A DNA stretch of 63,613 nucleotides, counting the filler, from Candidatus Woesearchaeota archaeon (GTDB lineage: Archaea; Nanobdellota; Nanobdellia; Woesearchaeales; CAZJJJ01): assembly GCA_046538795.1 (NCBI GenBank). It is 5 parts of 5 records of this genome, joined end to end, with 100 filler letters (N's around TTAATTAATTAA, not from the genome) between each part and the next. Parts side by side here need not be neighbours in the genome. Positions count along the whole stretch, not along the records: positions 13,955 to 27,361 come from JBKHIF010000038.1; positions 27,462 to 40,420 come from JBKHIF010000039.1; 3 more parts are not named here. One strand, 5' to 3'. A model generated the notes under the pieces. It saw only the letters and a list, made by a program, of their open reading frames with translations. It had not been told where the DNA came from and made no database searches. The position numbers and the translations under genes were made by a program. Every line of letters begins with the position of its first letter. Within the stretch, counting starts at the first letter, position 1. Shown here one piece after another: positions 18,726 through 28,790 of this stretch.

Positions 18726-20444
18726 TCACATCTTTTCAGGAACTTCTATTCCAAGAAGAGCAAGTCCATTAAGGATGACTTGTCTTACAGAATTTATCAG
18801 ATAAAGACGAGCATTAATTATTTGTTTATCCTTTTCCTTCAATATTGGATACTTATGATAATAGGTATTGAAACTCTGAGAAAGCTCAACCAGATAATTG
18901 CATATCAAAGAAGGTCTGAATGAATCAGAAGATTCTCTTATCACTTCAGTAAAGGCCGATAGTTTCTGGGCGATCTGCTGTTCATTTTCATTATACAACG
19001 AAAAATCAGGACTTGTTATCTTTATGCCTTTGTCTTTTTTATCAAGGATGCTTTTTATTCTTACTGCAGCATATTGCACATAAGGACCTGTTTCACCTTC
19101 AAAAGATATAGATTCTTTAGGATCATATGTCATATCTTTCTGAGGATCTATTCTTAGCATGAAGAATTTTAGTGCTGCAACAGCAATTTTATGAGATCTA
19201 TTCTTAAGTTCTTTAGAGCCTATGTTGGGATCTCTTTTTGTTATTTCTTCAGAAGCCAGGTTTTCCATCTCAAGTATTAAATCATCGGCATCTACAACTT
19301 TTCCCTCCCTTGATTTCATCTTGCCTTCAGGGAGATATACCATGCCATAGCTCAGATGGTGGCATTTTCCTGCCTTGTTTTCTCCAATAAGATCAAGTAT
19401 TGCAAAAAGCTGCTTAAAATGAAGTATCTGCTCTGAACCAACAACATATACAGATTCATCAAGATCATAGTCGCTGAATTTCTTAAGGGCAAGAAATATA
19501 TCCTGAGTCATATATACAGATGTGCCATCAGATCTAAGAAGAACCTTATCAGGAATTTTATACTTCTCTTCCAATGGAGCATATATTGCACCGTCTTTCT
19601 CATATAGCTTTCCTTTTTTAAGCGCAGTCCTTACAATATCCTTGCCATTTTTATATATGTCAGATTCATAATAATATTTATCAAAGCTTATGCCTATGTT
19701 TTCATAGGTTTTTTCAAATCCAGAGAGAACCCAGGAATTCATCTTTTTCCATAATTTCACAGTTTCATTGTCTCCGTCTTCCCACTTTTTAAGCATATCC
19801 TGAGCTTCTTTGTTCAAATCGTCAGTTTCATTTTTTGCAAAAAGAACATACATTTCTCCCACAAAATGATCGCCTTTCTGACCCTTCTTTTCGGGGTTTT
19901 CGCCTTTTTTCTCAGCCCATTTTCTATATGCGAGCATTGATTTGCATATATGTATTCCCCGATCGTTTACAAGACACGACTTGATCACCTTGTTTCCCAT
20001 TGCCTGCTTTATCTTAGATACTGAATCTCCTAAAAAGCAATTTCTAAGATGTCCTAGGTGAAGAGGCTTATTTGTGTTTGGTGAAGAAAACTCTATCATC
20101 ATCTTATGAGGTGTCTTTTTCTTAATCATCCCAAAAGAATCTTTTTCAGAAATTATGCTTTCAAGAACCTCTTTTGCAAGTATCTCCTTATTGATAAAAA
20201 AATTAAGATAAGGGCCTGTTGCTTTCACTGAAGAAATATATTTTCCAGGTTTGATTTTTTCAGAGATTTCATTAGCAATTACCTGAGGTGATTTTCTAAG
20301 TTCTTTTGCAAATATGAAACAGGGAAGGGCAAAGTCTCCTAAAGAATCATCTTTTGGCTTTTCAAGCATGTCTTTATCGACATTTATGTCAGGAATATCC
20401 CGTCTGAAAATATCAAGTATCTTTTTTTTAAAATCAGTAGGCAT
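18726..20444 (-). CDS. argS: Arginine--tRNA ligase
   Basis: EFSSPNTNKPLHLGH, KMKSREG, GETGPYVQYA, VPEKM terminus. Confidence 0.97.
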   Translation of the reverse strand: MPTDFKKKILDIFRRDIPDINVDKDMLEKPKDDSLGDFALPCFIFAKELRKSPQVIANEISEKIKPGKYISSVKATGPYLNFFINKEILAKEVLESIISEKDSFGMIKKKTPHKMMIEFSSPNTNKPLHLGHLRNCFLGDSVSKIKQAMGNKVIKSCLVNDRGIHICKSMLAYRKWAEKKGENPEKKGQKGDHFVGEMYVLFAKNETDDLNKEAQDMLKKWEDGDNETVKLWKKMNSWVLSGFEKTYENIGISFDKYYYESDIYKNGKDIVRTALKKGKLYEKDGAIYAPLEEKYKIPDKVLLRSDGTSVYMTQDIFLALKKFSDYDLDESVYVVGSEQILHFKQLFAILDLIGENKAGKCHHLSYGMVYLPEGKMKSREGKVVDADDLILEMENLASEEITKRDPNIGSKELKNRSHKIAVAALKFFMLRIDPQKDMTYDPKESISFEGETGPYVQYAAVRIKSILDKKDKGIKITSPDFSLYNENEQQIAQKLSAFTEVIRESSDSFRPSLICNYLVELSQSFNTYYHKYPILKEKDKQIINARLYLINSVRQVILNGLALLGIEVPEKM

Positions 20445-20517
20445 TTTATGTTCACTTCAAGATCATTTGGGAAATTATTTATAAATATTTTGAAAAGCAA
20501 GCCTTAGCAAAGAATAA

Positions 20518-21564
20518 TTATTCATCAACCTTGTACTTTAAAAGGCTGAAACTTGGATAAGGCAGATTATCATGAAGGTTTACAAGATCTATTAGAAAAG
20601 CGATCTCATGAATATTTCCCCCAAGATGCTCTACAAGTGAAGCAGCTGCTCTTATAGTTCCCCCTGTTGCGATAAGATCATCTACCAGAAGGATAGTTTG
20701 CCCTTGTGTTATCGAATCCTTATGAATTTCAATTGCATCAGTTCCATATTCAAGGGTGTATTCCGCCCTTACTGTTTTTGAAGGAAGTTTTCCGGGTTTT
20801 CTTGCAGGCACAAAACCGCAACCGATTTCATATGCAAGAGCAGAACCTATTATAAAACCCCTGCTTTCAACACCCACTATGACATCGATTCCTCTTCCCT
20901 TATATCTTTGTGCCAAAAGCCTTATAGATTGCCTGAATGCAACAGTATCTTTCATAAGAGTCGTAACATCATAAAACAGTATTCCTTTCTTGGGAAAGTC
21001 AGGAACACGCCTAATGTAAGAATCAAGGTTCAAATCAGGAATATTTTCTTTTAGATCTGTAGTTACATAATCTGCAGGAGTTGTATTTATTTGAGACTGA
21101 TTATTTTGCACAGATGCTTGGTTTGGATTTTGGTTGTCCTTAACAGTTTGAATCTGGGACGAAGCGTCTGGATCTGGATATTGATTATCAGAACTACTGC
21201 GGGCTGTAAAATAATTTCCAAGATCAACCATGCCGGATGGATCTTTTTCAGGTGAGATCACATTATTATTAGAAGATGCATTTACAGAACCAGTATCATC
21301 TCCTGAAATTGCATGATCTTGCTTAATATAAGGTTCATAAGGATTGCCTGCATTACTCTGTACAGATTCAGGCATTTCCTTCCCGGATATATTATTCGCA
21401 TTATTTTTTGCAGAAAGCGCCTCCTTCATCTCACGATCCATCTCATCCTGGATTTCTCTTTGTTTTTGAAGTTCCAGCTCTTTTTGCTTTTTCTCTTTGA
21501 TCTTGCGCTCTCTTTCCTTCACTGCTTCAATTATGTTTTTCACATAATCATTCAAAAAAATCAC
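20518..21564 (-). CDS. apt: Adenine phosphoribosyltransferase with long N-terminal extension
   Basis: PDFPKKGILFYD, ESRGF, RKPGKLP, Y.LEYG, VDDLIATGGT; exact start uncertain. Confidence 0.9.
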   Translation of the reverse strand: MIFLNDYVKNIIEAVKERERKIKEKKQKELELQKQREIQDEMDREMKEALSAKNNANNISGKEMPESVQSNAGNPYEPYIKQDHAISGDDTGSVNASSNNNVISPEKDPSGMVDLGNYFTARSSSDNQYPDPDASSQIQTVKDNQNPNQASVQNNQSQINTTPADYVTTDLKENIPDLNLDSYIRRVPDFPKKGILFYDVTTLMKDTVAFRQSIRLLAQRYKGRGIDVIVGVESRGFIIGSALAYEIGCGFVPARKPGKLPSKTVRAEYTLEYGTDAIEIHKDSITQGQTILLVDDLIATGGTIRAAASLVEHLGGNIHEIAFLIDLVNLHDNLPYPSFSLLKYKVDE

Positions 21565-21647
21565 CTGCTAATACTTGTAAAGCTAAAAACCACAACAAAC
21601 ACATAATATAATAAATACAAACAGACAAAGCAAAATAGTTCTTAGAT

Positions 21648-22217
21648 CTATAATTTCTGTTTCACTGCTTTTTCACTTATTATTGCTGAATTTCCTGTAG
21701 GATCTTCAATAGTTATCTTTATGGATTCACGCCCCCACATGACATTCTGGATCTTTTTAAGCATGTTTTTTGCTTTTTTGCGTTCACTCTTGTCTTCTGA
21801 TTCATCTCTTAAATGCTCGATAATCGTTTTCACTCTGTTGAGAAGACCCTCGACATTTGTCACATATCCGTTTGATGCAGGACCTGAAGTTATAGTTGTG
21901 ATTCTTGGTATCTTGACTGTTGCAGAAGCGCTTTTTACAATGCGTACATTCATGTCTTCCTCGCCTGAAACATCCATAGAATATTTTGCAGAATCTCTCT
22001 GTTCAGCAGGCTCGACGTCTGATTTATGATATCCGCAGTTTGAACAGCTCATCGAAAAAACAAATACTTTTCCAAAAAAGGGTATGTCTCGTGAGAATTC
22101 TCTCAAGGTAAGCTCATTTTTAGAACACATAGGACAGGGCTGTTTATCGATCTCTGCAAAATCATCTGGCGCAGAATTATCTGCTTTTTCATCCGTGGTT
22201 TTGTTTTCTTCAACCAT
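21648..22217 (-). CDS. ZPR1 zinc-finger protein
   Basis: CPMC...IPFFG...CSNCGY..SDV, TNVEGLL, IEDPTGNSAI. Confidence 0.93.
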   Translation of the reverse strand: MVEENKTTDEKADNSAPDDFAEIDKQPCPMCSKNELTLREFSRDIPFFGKVFVFSMSCSNCGYHKSDVEPAEQRDSAKYSMDVSGEEDMNVRIVKSASATVKIPRITTITSGPASNGYVTNVEGLLNRVKTIIEHLRDESEDKSERKKAKNMLKKIQNVMWGRESIKITIEDPTGNSAIISEKAVKQKL

Positions 22218-22411
22218 CTAAAAAACAAAATCTATATTCTATTTAAATCTTACGAAACGATTTTTCTGCATAGAGATGAAGAGATGCAATATTCAAATAA
22301 GAGGCCAAAATTTAGAAAATGGCACAGTTTGCTAAAAAATCATATGGTTTACTTTTGTCAACTATTAATAATCAGAAAAATATATAAGCATAGGATCCTT
22401 TAAAAAAAAAG

Positions 22412-23017
22412 ATGGGTAAAAATAATACTTCAAAAAATAAAAAATCAGTTAATTCAAGTAGTTCTGCTGTTAAAAAAAACAAAACTTCCAAGTCAAGGCA
22501 ATATTCAAAAAAAAATAACAGCAAAACAAATTCTATTGATAAGGCCAAAAAAAACCAAAATTATAAAAACAAAAAGGATAAAGAAATTAATAAGATGAAA
22601 GCACAGGTTTTTTCTCTGGATACAATAATAGGAGTTGTTATATTTCTTGTAGTATTCACTATATTTTTTGCAATACTTACGAAAAACACTCAGCAGGATA
22701 CAACCGAGCAGCTTAATCAGGAAGCACAGGTTCTTTTGAACAAGCTAACCACAACAGACGACTCATCTCTTTCTCCTGGCCAGGATCTTGCCATAGTCAA
22801 GGGAGGGCGGGTTGTTGAAGAAAGAATACCTGAATTACTTGGTAAAGATTACGAAGAGTTAAAGGCATCTTTAGGCATAAAGGGTGATTTCTGCATCTTT
22901 TTCGAAGACAGAGATGGCAACATCATAAATATATCTGATATTACCGGAAGAGATGATATTATAGGTCTTGGAAACCAGAAGATCAACATTTCAGGAGTTC
23001 CTTGTTCTATGGGATGA
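22412..23017 (+). CDS. Pilin-like protein with class III signal peptide
   Basis: KMKA|QVFSLD followed by a hydrophobic helix; alternative start ATG 22595. Confidence 0.65.
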   Translation: MGKNNTSKNKKSVNSSSSAVKKNKTSKSRQYSKKNNSKTNSIDKAKKNQNYKNKKDKEINKMKAQVFSLDTIIGVVIFLVVFTIFFAILTKNTQQDTTEQLNQEAQVLLNKLTTTDDSSLSPGQDLAIVKGGRVVEERIPELLGKDYEELKASLGIKGDFCIFFEDRDGNIINISDITGRDDIIGLGNQKINISGVPCSMG

Positions 23018-23064
23018 ATCCAAATGGGTTAACTTTTTAAATAGACTCTTATTTCTTAAGCTAG

Positions 23065-24330
23065 ATGGCAGCTAAAAAGACAAAAGAGAACACATCAGAC
23101 ATTCTTAAATCACAGCCAGAGCTTAATATAGGTCTTGTTGGACATGTTGACCACGGAAAAACAACTCTAACAGAAGCACTATCAGGAAAATGGACAGATA
23201 CTCATTCTGAAGAGATGAAAAGAGGAATAACAATAAGGTTAGGATATGCAGATTGCATAATACGAAAATGCAAGAAATGTTCTGACCCTGAATGTTTCAC
23301 GACTCTTGAAAAATGCCCTAATGACAAATCAGAAACAGAAGTTGTAAGAAAGATAAGTTTTGTTGACGCACCAGGTCATGAAAGCCTTATGGCAACAATG
23401 CTTTCTGGTGCAACAATCATGGATGGAGCAATACTTTTGGTTGCTGCCAATGAAGAATGTCCTCAGCCGCAGACCAGAGAACACCTCATGGCTCTTGAGA
23501 TCTCCGGAATAGATAAACTCATAATTGTTCAAAACAAGATAGACATTGTATCAAAAGATCAGGCGTTGAGAAATTATAAACAGATAAACGAATTTATTAA
23601 AGATACAAAATTCAAGGATTCACCAATCATACCTATATCTGCACAGCACAGGGTAAACATCGACATACTTCTTAAAAACATCAACGATATTTTCGAGGTT
23701 CCTGAAAGAGATGCAAGCCTTGATCCATTATTATATGTTGCAAGATCATTTGATATAAATAAGCCTGGAGCAAAGCCTTCAGATATACAAGGCGGAATCA
23801 TAGGCGGAACAATCAAGCAAGGCACACTTAAGATAGGAGACGAGATCGAGCTTCTTCCTGGAGTCCAGATTGTTGAGCATAACAAATCAACATTCAGGCC
23901 TGTAAAGACAAAGATCAAAAGCATAAATACAGGCGGAAATTCTGTTAAAGAAGCTCACCCAGGCGGATCTATTGGCGTTCTCACTTTTCTTGATCCAAGC
24001 ATAGTCAAATCAGACAGTCTTTCAGGCTGCATTGCAGGATATCCTGGAAAGCTTCCACCTGTAAGAAATGATCTGATTCTTGAGACATATCTTCTTGAAA
24101 GGGTTGTAGGAACCAAAGAAGATCTTAAGGTTGAACCTATCAAGCCAAATGAAGTACTCATGCTTAATGTGAACTCTTCTGCTACTGTCGGAATAGTCAC
24201 AAAAATCGAAAAGAACAAGTTTTCTGCTGAACTAAAGATCCCTGTCTGCGCATCAGAAGGCGCAAGAGTCACGATTTCAAGAAGGATAGGGACAAGATAC
24301 AGGCTCATCGGCTATGGAATACTTAAGTAA
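23065..24330 (+). CDS. eif2g: Translation initiation factor 2 subunit gamma
   Basis: GHVDHGKTT, RGITIRLGYA, DAPGHE, QNKID, RLIGYG. Confidence 0.97.
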   Translation: MAAKKTKENTSDILKSQPELNIGLVGHVDHGKTTLTEALSGKWTDTHSEEMKRGITIRLGYADCIIRKCKKCSDPECFTTLEKCPNDKSETEVVRKISFVDAPGHESLMATMLSGATIMDGAILLVAANEECPQPQTREHLMALEISGIDKLIIVQNKIDIVSKDQALRNYKQINEFIKDTKFKDSPIIPISAQHRVNIDILLKNINDIFEVPERDASLDPLLYVARSFDINKPGAKPSDIQGGIIGGTIKQGTLKIGDEIELLPGVQIVEHNKSTFRPVKTKIKSINTGGNSVKEAHPGGSIGVLTFLDPSIVKSDSLSGCIAGYPGKLPPVRNDLILETYLLERVVGTKEDLKVEPIKPNEVLMLNVNSSATVGIVTKIEKNKFSAELKIPVCASEGARVTISRRIGTRYRLIGYGILK

Positions 24331-24340
24331 ACAAATTTCT

Positions 24341-25753
24341 CTATATCTTTTTGCATTTAGTCCCTTCAGGAGTATCTATAAGTTCATATCCTCTTGCCTT
24401 AAGCTCGTCTCTTATCTGATCAGCTTTAGCCCAGTCCTTGTTCTTTCTTGCAAGATTTCTTTCTTCGACAAGCTTTTCAAGTTCAGCATCCAATGAAACC
24501 TTTTCTTCTTCAAAAGAATCTATATTAAATCCCAAAACAGAATCAAACTTAAGAAGAGCATCATATTTTGCTTTTTGATTCACTGAATTATCATTAAGAA
24601 GCTCTTGTACAACTGAAAGAGCAACAGGCATGTTCATGTCATCATTTATGGCCGAATCAAATTTATTTAAGTAAGGATCAATCAGATTGCTTCCATTTTC
24701 TGAATCAAGCTCTTTTTTTAGCTGTATTATCCTTTTTTTCAATCTCTCAAATCCTGCTTTTGCAGAATCCAGAGATTCCCATGTGAATTTCAGTTCAGAC
24801 CTGTAGTGGGCGCCAAGGCAGAAAAACCGGTATGCCAAAGGATCATAACCTTTGTCTTCAAGAAGCTTAAGGGTAAGGAAATTCTCTCCTGATTTTGCCA
24901 TCTTTCCCTTTTCCACAACAAGGAAATTTCCATGAAGCCAGTATTTTACCCAAGGGTGGACACTAAAAGCAGCTTCAGCCTGCGCAATTTCGTTTGTGTG
25001 ATGCACAGGAATATGATCAATTCCTCCGGTATGGATATCAAACTGAGTTCCCAAATATTTAGATGACATTGCACAGCATTCAATGTGCCATCCTGGATAA
25101 CCGACTCCCCATGGAGAATCCCATTTCATTGAATGAGATTCGCCGAACTTTGAGCCTTCAAGTGTAAACCAAAGCACAAAATCTGTCGGATTTTTCTTGT
25201 TTGGATCCTTATCTGCTCTTGCTCCTTCATTCAGCTGTTCAAGGTTGAGTTTTGCCAGTTCACCATAAGTTTTGAATTTGCTTGTATCAAAATAAAGATT
25301 CCCGTTTTCTCCTTTATAGGCATAGCCATTCTCTTCAATTTTCGTGTTTATATCAATCATTTCCTGTACATGATCAGTAGCTTTAGGCCAGACATCAGGT
25401 TCAAGTATGTTTAGTTTGTTGATATCATCCTTGAAAGCTTGTGTATAGTACTCTGCAATATCCCATACAGTCTTTCCTTCGCGCTTTGCGCCTTTTTCCA
25501 TCTTATCTTCGCCAGAGTCTGCGTCATCAGTAAGATGACCCACATCAGTTATGTTCATGACATGTTTTACGTCAAAATTATTATATTTCAGGATTCTTTT
25601 CAGAACATCATTGAACACATAGGTTCTTAGATTTCCAATATGCGCATAATTATAAACAGTAGGACCACAGCTGTAGAAACCCACATGATTTCCATCCATT
25701 GGTGTGAATTCCTCTTTTTTGCGTGTTAATGTGTTGTAGAGTTTAAGTTTCAT
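24341..25753 (-). CDS. cysS: Cysteine--tRNA ligase
   Basis: CGPTVY..AHIGN, PGWHIEC, HHTNE, KMAKS. Confidence 0.97.
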   Translation of the reverse strand: MKLKLYNTLTRKKEEFTPMDGNHVGFYSCGPTVYNYAHIGNLRTYVFNDVLKRILKYNNFDVKHVMNITDVGHLTDDADSGEDKMEKGAKREGKTVWDIAEYYTQAFKDDINKLNILEPDVWPKATDHVQEMIDINTKIEENGYAYKGENGNLYFDTSKFKTYGELAKLNLEQLNEGARADKDPNKKNPTDFVLWFTLEGSKFGESHSMKWDSPWGVGYPGWHIECCAMSSKYLGTQFDIHTGGIDHIPVHHTNEIAQAEAAFSVHPWVKYWLHGNFLVVEKGKMAKSGENFLTLKLLEDKGYDPLAYRFFCLGAHYRSELKFTWESLDSAKAGFERLKKRIIQLKKELDSENGSNLIDPYLNKFDSAINDDMNMPVALSVVQELLNDNSVNQKAKYDALLKFDSVLGFNIDSFEEEKVSLDAELEKLVEERNLARKNKDWAKADQIRDELKARGYELIDTPEGTKCKKI

Positions 25754-25815
25754 AGATAAAAGAAAAAGAAGTTTTATTTAAAATAGTTTCGAAGAAAATA
25801 ATATTATTCGATTTG

Positions 25816-26145
25816 CACCAGTCTGGATTCAACAAAATCTATGATTTTGTGCACAAGAATTCTGAAAGAATTTTTAGTGTGAACCAAACGGTTCAAAGCC
25901 GGATGCTTTTTTTGAAGAAAAAAACACCAGTCTGGATTCGCTAGCGAAACGAAGTGAAGCGCGTGCCAAAATTTCAAAGAAATTTTGAGCATGAACCGAA
26001 CGGTTCAAAGCCGGATGCTTTTTTTGAAGAAAAAAACACCAGTCTGGATTCAACAAAATCTATGATTTTGTGCACAAAAATTCTGAAAGAATTTTTAGTG
26101 TGAACCAAACGGTTCAAAGCCGGATGCTTTTTTTGAAGAAAAAAG
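25816..26145. repeat. tRNA-Cys-linked tandem array, 3 units (109/112/109 bp) with variable internal hairpin modules
   Basis: Units start at 25816, 25925 and 26037 (CACCAGTCTGGATTC...); units 1 and 3 differ at 1 nt; unit 2 has a different 52-nt core. Confidence 0.95.
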
Positions 26146-26216
26146 CACCAGCCCGGATTTGAACCGGGGATCTCCGCTCTGCAGGCGGACGCCTTGGGCC
26201 ACTTAGCTACTGGTGC
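26144..26216 (-). tRNA. tRNA-Cys(GCA), no intron, CCA not encoded
   Basis: GCACCAG/CTGGTGC acceptor stem, CCGC-CT-GCA-GA-GCGG anticodon arm, GGTTCAAATCC, U73 discriminator. Confidence 0.95.
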
Positions 26217-26268
26217 GATATATAAGATGATTTTTGACCTTATTTATAAAGGTTTTGCAAGCATAATA

Positions 26269-26799
26269 TCAATCAATCAGATTTCCATATCTATCCAAAA
26301 GCAAATCATATATTCTTTGGTTTTCATTGTTTCCCGGACCACAGTACTTGATAAAAGATTTCATCCCATCCAGCTGAGGCGCAATCTGAGAAAAGATAAG
26401 AGCTAACTGTTCATCAAGGCTAAACTGTCTTTCACCCCAATAATCCAGATTCCCATCTATCATATTTTCCTGATGATCATCTTCCATATATACCTGTCCA
26501 TATTCAGGAACACCCAAAAAATTTGTTTTCATAAGCACAAAACCAAGACGTTTTGCAGGAATATCACTTTCAGAATAAAATACATAGACAAGATCATACC
26601 TGTTGCCATCAATAACTTGATTTTCAAAAAGTTTAGTATGAGTTACAGTGCTTTCTTCCTCATCGTGAGTTTCAGTATAAGGCAATTCTCTCATGTCAGA
26701 AACTAAACCAGAAATACTTGCATCAGTCATATCAGACGCATAAAGCGGCGACAAAGAAACAATACCAGCCAAACCCAGTGTCAAAAGTTTTTTGTTCAT
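26269..26799 (-). CDS. Hypothetical secreted protein
   Basis: Sec-type signal peptide MNKKLLTLGLAGIVSLSPLYA. Confidence 0.65.
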   Translation of the reverse strand: MNKKLLTLGLAGIVSLSPLYASDMTDASISGLVSDMRELPYTETHDEEESTVTHTKLFENQVIDGNRYDLVYVFYSESDIPAKRLGFVLMKTNFLGVPEYGQVYMEDDHQENMIDGNLDYWGERQFSLDEQLALIFSQIAPQLDGMKSFIKYCGPGNNENQRIYDLLLDRYGNLID

Positions 26800-26879
26800 A
26801 ATTCGAAAAACAAATTAGAACTAAAATAAAAAAGTAACGATTTAAAGAAATTAAAAAAGAAGTTAATTAAACTGAAAAA

Positions 26880-27314
26880 TCATTCTTTTTTCTCTTCGGA
26901 TTTTGAAGCTTCTTCAGATTTAGGTTCAGTTGAGTCATCTCCTTTAGAAGGCTCTTCAAAAAGAGGTTTTGAACCTTCCTTTACAACCTTCATGTTTACC
27001 TGAGCGCTTTTTTCAAAGATAGTGTTCCCTGCAACAAGCTTTCTCTGTCTCTGACCATGCTCGCCTTTTTTGAAACCTACACCAGAAACTGCAAGAATTC
27101 TTTTCCTGACAGGGCCTTCAAGATCCTTTCTCATAGGTTTTCCTGCTTCATCGCTTCCACCGGTTATCTCAAATTCATAGCCTGTAAGGTCAAAAAGCTC
27201 GCCATTTATCTTGTCGCCTATCTTTTTTCCCAAAAGATTCTGAGCAACATCATCTTTAGCTTCAATCTGCTTTGCTTTTCCTTTATGTGATAAAACAATC
27301 TTTAGTTCTGCCAT
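26880..27314 (-). CDS. rps6e: 30S ribosomal protein eS6
   Basis: GKKIGD...GYEFEITGGSD.AG.PMR.D...RQRK.V.GN. Confidence 0.95.
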   Translation of the reverse strand: MAELKIVLSHKGKAKQIEAKDDVAQNLLGKKIGDKINGELFDLTGYEFEITGGSDEAGKPMRKDLEGPVRKRILAVSGVGFKKGEHGQRQRKLVAGNTIFEKSAQVNMKVVKEGSKPLFEEPSKGDDSTEPKSEEASKSEEKKE

Positions 27315-27361
27315 GTTAATCTAAGAGTTTTGATTTTATTTAAAAACCTTTCTCTTTGAGA

Positions 27362-27461
27362 NNNNNNNNNNNNNNNNNNNNNNNNNNNNNNNNNNNNNNN
27401 NNNNNTTAATTAATTAANNNNNNNNNNNNNNNNNNNNNNNNNNNNNNNNNNNNNNNNNNNN
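27362..27461. other. Artificial contig linker
   Basis: N run with TTAATTAATTAA. Confidence 0.98.
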
Positions 27462-28595
27462 GGTGCTTTCGATTATAAGTGTCTCAAGCCTTGGGAAACT
27501 TGTTATTGCACCATCTAAAAGAGCGCTTCTTGTAAACTTCATATCACCTGTATAAAGAAGATTATGAAGACCATTTCCTATGTGAAGATGGATCATGCTG
27601 CTTCCAAGGATATGTCCTGAATTGTACATGGTTATCCTGACATCAGGAGTTACATCAGTAACCTCTTCATAATCAAGGGTTATTGTCTGCTTGACCATCT
27701 CTTTCACGTCATCGCTTTTGTAAAGAGGATCTTTTCCCTCGGAAACCATTATCTTTATCAGATCAAGCTGCAGAAGAGCCATCACATCTCTTGTAGGTGT
27801 CGTGCAGTATATCGGTCCCTTATAGCCGAACTTGATAAGATATGGTATAAGTCCACAATGGTCAAGGTGAGCGTGGGATACTATAACTGCATCAAGCTCA
27901 TCTATCTTGAACTCTGGTGCTTCCAGATATGGATATGCGCTTGAATCATTTGCTGCGACATCAATACCACAGTCAAGCATTATTCTTGATTCAGGAGTCT
28001 GCAAAAGAAGACATGATCTTCCTACCTGTCTTGCTCCGCCAAGGAAAGATATTCTAACCCATTCATTCTTTTTCCCTCTTATCCAGCCGTCATATACCCT
28101 ATGGCCAGTCTGGTTTAAGAACTTCTTCCTGTAATCATTATTCTGATAAAGAACGCTTCTTATATCTTCTATAAGCTGAGAACGTATGGCTGGAGTCCTC
28201 TTTATCACAGGAACCCACATGGTCTTTTCTTTGATATCTCTTAGGTTCTGACCCTGCTTTCCTATCGCAAGTCCGGGCTTTTCTGCCTCTATTATTACTA
28301 TGGATCTTTGAGGATCAAATATGATATTGTCTGCTGCCGCCTCTTCAGGAAGCATATTTTTTATTATATCTTCAGCATGCTGCATTCCCATGCATAAAGT
28401 TGGATCAGGCCTTAACTCAACACGCTTCTTGAACTCGTGGACCGCCTTTTTTATTAGGCCTCGGTCTTCAAGAAAAAAATCCTTATCCTTTGTATAAAGA
28501 ACGATGTTTGCACCTTCAAAACCGGCCTCACTTATCTTGTCTTCCGGAACTATCTTCATGATTTCTTTTAATATATTACTTGTCATACTTACCAT
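27462..28595 (-). CDS. fttA: Beta-CASP ribonuclease aCPSF1/FttA (3' truncated)
   Basis: N-terminal KH domains (EKPGLAIGK), LGG.RQVGRS, SHAHLDH, GHILGS; adjacent to psmB as usual in archaea. Confidence 0.93.
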
Positions 28596-28790
28596 TTTCA
28601 GACAAACCTCTTTAAAAAATTAAAATTCATTAAAATCAGCTTAATATAATCTAAAACAATCACCAAATAATATAAAAATATTATAAAAATGATCAAAGAT
28701 AAAAAAACAGCATCTTTACGATGCGTTAGCTTAAATAACATATAGAAATTATTTTTTCTTTTATTGTTATTTCGACCTCTTCTTTTTTGT

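Noticed and set aside
25804..26056. 62- and 60-aa ORFs in the repeat array
   Set aside because: Translation of non-coding repeats
25816..26145. CRISPR array interpretation of the tRNA-Cys repeats
   Set aside because: The constant part is ~60 bp and tRNA-derived; the 'spacers' are self-complementary and two of three are near-identical; no cas genes in the window
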